DNA of 20,000 nt from Bacteriovoracaceae bacterium. Lineage in GTDB: Bacteria > Bdellovibrionota > Bacteriovoracia > Bacteriovoracales > Bacteriovoracaceae. Below the pieces are notes generated by a model. That model had not been told where the DNA came from and ran no database searches. It saw only the letters and a list, made by a program, of their open reading frames with translations. Both the position numbers and the translations under genes were made by a program. The stretch covers positions 49,515 to 69,514 of the forward strand of contig JABIHA010000076.1 of NCBI GenBank assembly GCA_018649885.1. The letters run 5' to 3'. How positions within the stretch are numbered: position 1 is the first letter of the stretch; each line of letters begins with the position of its first letter. Shown here one piece after another: positions 16,589 through 20,000 of the stretch.

Positions 16589-17551
16589 ATGTCAGATAGA
16601 AACTACATTTACGAAAATGCGATTATATCCATCCACTTAGGTATCGCAGATTATCAAGATGATGATACGAACAGGCATATTAGTGCTGTTAGAAATTTTT
16701 ATTCTGGTGTCCTTTTACTTGGGAAATGCTGCTTGCTTGAATTTGCCAAAGCTGAAGAAGCAATGCAAATCTTAGCGTCAAAATTTGATATTGAGTTGGA
16801 TGATGACGGTGAAGTTATTTATGTTCCAAAGGGAACGCAAACAATAGATTTTAATGAAATGCAAAAAAGATTTAAAAACTTTAAGCTAAGCTGGCCCAAG
16901 GTAAATATAAAAAGTCTGCAAAGTTTAAGAAATAATCTTGAGCATTTTCATGCTTCTGAATCAGAAGATCAAATTCAAGAAATCATTGCTGAATGTTTTC
17001 CCATGGTAGAGAGCTTCTTTGAAACGCTCAATAAAGACCCTGCTGAGGAACTGGAAGATACGTGGAAGACAATGTTGGAAGAAAAAAACTTCTATAGTAA
17101 GAAGAAGGAAGAGTGCGATAAAACGTTTGAGAAAATTGATGTCCCAAACGTTGATGGCCTCTCGAACATTAGCTGTCCAGGATGCAGCTCAACTCTATTA
17201 TTTCAAGAAAACCCTAGTAACATTAACCTTGAATCTGTTGAGGTTAAGTGTAAAGCTTGTGGCGAAACATGTCCTACAACTTCATTTATTTTGGAATTTG
17301 TTAATAATGAATATGGGGTGGATGATTATATTTCATACAAAGATGGTGGAGGTCATACTGTTCATTCTTGTCCAGAATGTAGTGAAGATACATATGTACA
17401 TAATGGAGAAATTAACAAGTGTTTTAACTGTAACTATTCGATAAATTCAGAATGTGCGCGTTGCCAGTGCGAATTGACTGTTGAAAATTTGTCCGTAAAC
17501 AACTCTAGTTACTGTGATTATTGTGACCACATGATGAGTAAGGATGATTAA
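16589..17551 (+). CDS. Hypothetical protein with HEPN-like RxxxxH motif and C-terminal multi-CxxC zinc-binding region
   Basis: Helical N-terminal half with LRNNLEHF; six CxxC pairs (CPGC, CKAC, CPEC, CFNC, CARC, CDYC); AAGGA RBS; TATAAT at 16551-16556. Confidence 0.7.
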   Translation: MSDRNYIYENAIISIHLGIADYQDDDTNRHISAVRNFYSGVLLLGKCCLLEFAKAEEAMQILASKFDIELDDDGEVIYVPKGTQTIDFNEMQKRFKNFKLSWPKVNIKSLQSLRNNLEHFHASESEDQIQEIIAECFPMVESFFETLNKDPAEELEDTWKTMLEEKNFYSKKKEECDKTFEKIDVPNVDGLSNISCPGCSSTLLFQENPSNINLESVEVKCKACGETCPTTSFILEFVNNEYGVDDYISYKDGGGHTVHSCPECSEDTYVHNGEINKCFNCNYSINSECARCQCELTVENLSVNNSSYCDYCDHMMSKDD

Positions 17552-17641
17552 ATGGTGCCGCTCCCTTGGGTATTCGATTCTTCTATTTACCGATATGTAG
17601 GTTTTCAGTACCGTCACCAAAGAGAAGCGCCATATTTTTTT
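17552..17641. terminator. Imperfect long stem-loop with T-tract between convergent genes (possible terminator)
   Basis: ATGGTGCCGCTCCCTTGG (17552-17569) pairs imperfectly with CCAAAGAGAAGCGCCAT (17617-17633), followed by ATTTTTTT. The loop is unusually large (about 47 nt). Confidence 0.3.
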
Positions 17642-17670
17642 CTTGAGCGATGCTCTATTTAGCTTAAAAA

Positions 17671-17931
17671 TTAAATAATTCCTATAGAAGCATCAACTCT
17701 TCCTGAAAGTCCACCAAGGTCGACTATCACAAACCATCTTCCCGCATGGGGAGGATTAATGATTGCTGGCGATCTGCTGTAGTGACCACCACTATAACGA
17801 TATCTTCTGCCAGCTTTGTAATTACTAAAATTGATAGCATCCATAACCATCACATTCGCTGCGTTTCCCGTAAGGTCAACCTGGATAGCATCACTGCCTG
17901 CTGTCTGAATTTCTTTGTATAAATATTTCAT
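17671..17931 (-). CDS. DUF1883-like small beta-rich protein
   Basis: 86 aa; AANVMVMDAINFSNYKAGRRYRYSGGHYSRSPAIINPPHAGRWFVIVDLGG matches my recollection of the DUF1883 pattern (ANVxLMDxxNFxxYxxGRxxxYxGG...SP..I..P..G.W...D). Confidence 0.8.
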   Translation of the reverse strand: MKYLYKEIQTAGSDAIQVDLTGNAANVMVMDAINFSNYKAGRRYRYSGGHYSRSPAIINPPHAGRWFVIVDLGGLSGRVDASIGII

Positions 17932-17933
17932 AA

Positions 17934-18143
17934 CTATCCTAGGTTATTTCTATTTTTGCCATCAGGGTTACTTACAGGGGTTTTAACTTTGTTAATTTTA
18001 CGATTGTGATAATCCCCTTCGTGTTTGCCCTGTTCAATCTCTTTAACGAACTCCTGTCTTGAAATTTCCTTACCGTTTGGTTTTTCAAAACGTTGATTTC
18101 TTCCAGTCTTACTTTCTTTAGTCACCTTAATGTTCTTAGCCAT
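17934..18143 (-). CDS. DUF3892-like small basic protein
   Basis: 69 aa; ESKTGRNQRF...SRQEFVKEIEQG...KTPVSNPDGKNRNNLG fits the DUF3892 pattern ending S-x-P-D-x4-N-N-L; AAGGAAGG RBS; stop is 2 nt from the DUF1883 start. Confidence 0.75.
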   Translation of the reverse strand: MAKNIKVTKESKTGRNQRFEKPNGKEISRQEFVKEIEQGKHEGDYHNRKINKVKTPVSNPDGKNRNNLG

Positions 18144-18188
18144 TTTGTACCTTCCTTATTGGTAGAATTGGTTATTTATTATGAATAA

Positions 18189-18230
18189 ATGGTAGAGTCT
18201 TTTTAAAGGCTATGTCAATGGCCTTGACAT
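18189..18230 (-). promoter_or_regulatory. Leftward promoter overlapped by palindromic operator ATGTCAA-N5-TTGACAT
   Basis: Perfect palindrome at 18212-18230; minus-strand TTGACA (18218-18213), 18-nt spacer, TACCAT (18194-18189). Confidence 0.6.
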
Positions 18231-18315
18231 GTTTTTCGTGCTGTCGTTTACTGTCGCGCGAACGCGTGTAATTTCAATTGCATGCGTGGCTTTTGCTGTG
18301 CGTGGGCCAGTGACA

Positions 18316-18344
18316 TTGACATAAGGACTTAGAAGAAATATAAA
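18316..18344 (+). promoter_or_regulatory. Rightward promoter of the XRE gene, probably giving a leaderless mRNA
   Basis: TTGACA (18316-18321), 17-nt spacer, TATAAA (18339-18344); ATG at 18350 lies at the expected +1, and there is no SD at normal spacing. Confidence 0.6.
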
Positions 18345-18349
18345 AGATT

Positions 18350-18694
18350 ATGAATATTGATAAGCTATATTTAGAAATTGGCCAAAATATAAAAGCAGCA
18401 AGGCAAATCGTAAAGCTAAGTCAGGCAGAGCTTGCTACTAAACTAGGTTTAAAAAGAACATCAATTACAAACATTGAAAATGGCAAACAGAGGCTTCCTC
18501 TTCATTTATTATATGAGATTTGTGAATTATTAAATGTTGATGCCCTTAAAGTTCTTCCAGGTACTCAAAGAGAAAAAAGAAAAATGATTGTGTCGATTGA
18601 TGGTGGGGATGAATACCAGATTAGCGAAGATTCCGTTGGCAAAATAAATAAGTATTTATCAAAAGCAAAACTAGAAAATGTTCTACATCATTAA
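18350..18694 (+). CDS. XRE/Cro-CI family HTH transcriptional regulator
   Basis: IGQNIKAARQIVKLSQAELATKLGLKRTSITNIENGKQR...LYEICELLNV is a typical HTH_3 pattern. Confidence 0.92.
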   Translation: MNIDKLYLEIGQNIKAARQIVKLSQAELATKLGLKRTSITNIENGKQRLPLHLLYEICELLNVDALKVLPGTQREKRKMIVSIDGGDEYQISEDSVGKINKYLSKAKLENVLHH

Positions 18695-18705
18695 TAAAGG
18701 TTGTT

Positions 18706-19212
18706 ATGAATAAAAAAGCATCCGCTTTGTTAAAGGAAAATAGTTTATTTTCATATCCTGTTGATGTGAAAAAGCTCGCAAAGAAGCTAAAGGTAATTGT
18801 TTCCTCTGAAGACCTTGAAGATAAAGTATCAGGGTTTTTAGCTGTTGATGATGATAATGCGACAATTGTTGTAAATTCTAATCATCACGAAAATAGAAAA
18901 CGTTTTACGATGGCACACGAATTAGGCCATTTTGTACTACACAAAGGGAAAATGCCCCTATTCTTAGATACCAATCTGAAATTTTATAGAAGTGCAGTTC
19001 ATAGTGAGCATTCTGCTGAAATTGAAATGGAAGCAAATGCATTTGCTGCAGAACTATTGATGCCGAAATTGTTAATTGAGAAAATAATTGAAACTTACGA
19101 TTTAGATATAACTGATGAATATGACATTTACCAGCTTTCTAAAAAACTAAAAGTAAGCGAACAGGCCCTAACGATTAGGCTTGTGAAGTTAGAATTAATT
19201 TTTCCATTCTAG
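18706..19212 (+). CDS. ImmA/IrrE family zinc metallo-endopeptidase
   Basis: RKRFTMAHELGH (HExxH), EMEANAFAAELLMP, C-terminal LSKKLKVSEQALTIRL; 168 aa, too short for a GAF domain. Confidence 0.92.
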   Translation: MNKKASALLKENSLFSYPVDVKKLAKKLKVIVSSEDLEDKVSGFLAVDDDNATIVVNSNHHENRKRFTMAHELGHFVLHKGKMPLFLDTNLKFYRSAVHSEHSAEIEMEANAFAAELLMPKLLIEKIIETYDLDITDEYDIYQLSKKLKVSEQALTIRLVKLELIFPF

Positions 19213-19243
19213 AGCCAACAATCAGACAAATCGTCTTCTAGGC

Positions 19244-19888
19244 TTACTCATCCCAGTCAGTGTTAATTGCCCTAATTCCTCGCACAAGGCCTTCATAAGT
19301 GTGCACATATTTATCAAATACTTTCTCTGAGCTGTGGCCTAGCCATTTCATTCCAAGCTCTCTATCACCAGTAATCCCATGAAGAAAGGTACCCCTACTG
19401 TGTCTGCAACAGTGCCATGAACGATAGTGCAAATTTAGAGCTTTAAATGCTGATTTTAGCCGTTTTGTAGAAGTACTTTGGTTTATACCTGCAAATAATA
19501 AGTAGTTTGATTTTTCATCTGTACCATTCCCTCTTGCCTTCCATGCCTGAAATGCGTTCTTGGCCCTTCTCGTGAGTATTTCCCAGAGTTCTGTATGAAC
19601 TATTGGGATAATTCTAGTGTTACGTTCGTTTATGGCCTTCTTCATTTTGAGAGGCTTTCTTTTTATCTCTCCCAAATTATTTTTTACAATAGTCTTATCA
19701 TTTGAATTATCTGGTTGAGATGAGAGCGTAATAAAGCCATAGTAGCTATACAAATAATCATTTGGTAGATCTGCTGTATCCTTATAGAAAATCAAGTTAC
19801 GCCTAAGCAAGTTTTTAAATGAGGCCCTTGAAATTTCTCCTTTGTATATATCCGCAAGAGAAAGGCCAACACCTTCATTAAACCTCAT
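19244..19888 (-). pseudogene. Tyrosine recombinase/integrase, catalytic C-terminal part only (5'-truncated)
   Basis: Starts at M-R-F-N-E (the GxRxxE box without its G); HCCRH, WLGH and Y (DKYVH) are present. In-frame TGA at 19912-19910 lies eight codons upstream, and I found no plausible continuation in the other frames to the window end. Confidence 0.75.
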
Positions 19889-20000
19889 TTGGTTTTTGCA
19901 GTTGAAAAGTCATCCACTGTAACGGCCGAATTATCACCCACCCCGTGGTTAAATTAAATTCCTCTTTTCAATCATTTAGATTCTCTTCTTCTTAATTTTA

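Larger units (their letters stand above)
16186..20000. mobile_element. Probable integrated island or remnant at the 3' end of tRNA-Ser(GCT); right boundary outside window
   Basis: Abrupt switch from co-oriented housekeeping genes to mixed-strand accessory genes (XRE, ImmA/IrrE, HEPN-like, tyrosine recombinase fragment) directly after a tRNA. No second att copy seen in the window. Confidence 0.6.

Noticed and set aside
17019..17444. 141-aa +strand ORF nested in the HEPN-like gene
   Set aside because: Out-of-frame shadow with a TTG start and no recognisable motif.
17553..17580. Minus-strand TCGAATACCCAAGGGAGCGGCACCA resembling a tRNA 3' end (att remnant)
   Set aside because: The spacing from the T-loop-like motif to CCA is 3 nt too long, and it matches neither tRNA-Ser in the window.
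18174..18190. ATTTATT-N3-AATAAAT inverted repeat
   Set aside because: All-A/T 7-bp arms in an AT-rich spacer; too likely by chance to call.
1..20000. CRISPR array, IS element or rRNA
   Set aside because: No regularly spaced direct repeats, transposase ORF or rRNA-like sequence was seen; intergenic gaps are all short.

Overview
AT-rich bacterial chromosome segment; the gene content suggests Bdellovibrionota/Bacteriovoracales, but that is inference only. Bases 1-5431 hold the end of a canonical complex I operon (nuoK partial, nuoL, nuoM, nuoN). Its NuoL has a lateral helix about 27 aa longer than usual, the hallmark of four-antiporter '2M' complexes, yet only one nuoM is present. Bases 5493-11324 hold seven intact, tightly coupled, very hydrophobic ORFs. 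By size, order and residual motifs they look like a second, highly diverged complex I membrane arm (A-H-J-K-L-M-N) with no hydrophilic subunits and most proton-pathway charged residues lost. This cluster has its own candidate sigma70 promoter and overlaps a 1099-aa GYF-like/TM/TPR gene. serS and two tRNA-Ser genes follow. Downstream of tRNA-Ser(GCT) is a probable integrated island: a 42-aa ORF missed by the track, a HEPN-like/6xCxxC protein, a DUF3892-DUF1883 pair divergent from an XRE + ImmA/IrrE protease pair with a palindromic operator between them, and a 5'-truncated tyrosine recombinase. All alignments were made by eye; no searches were run.
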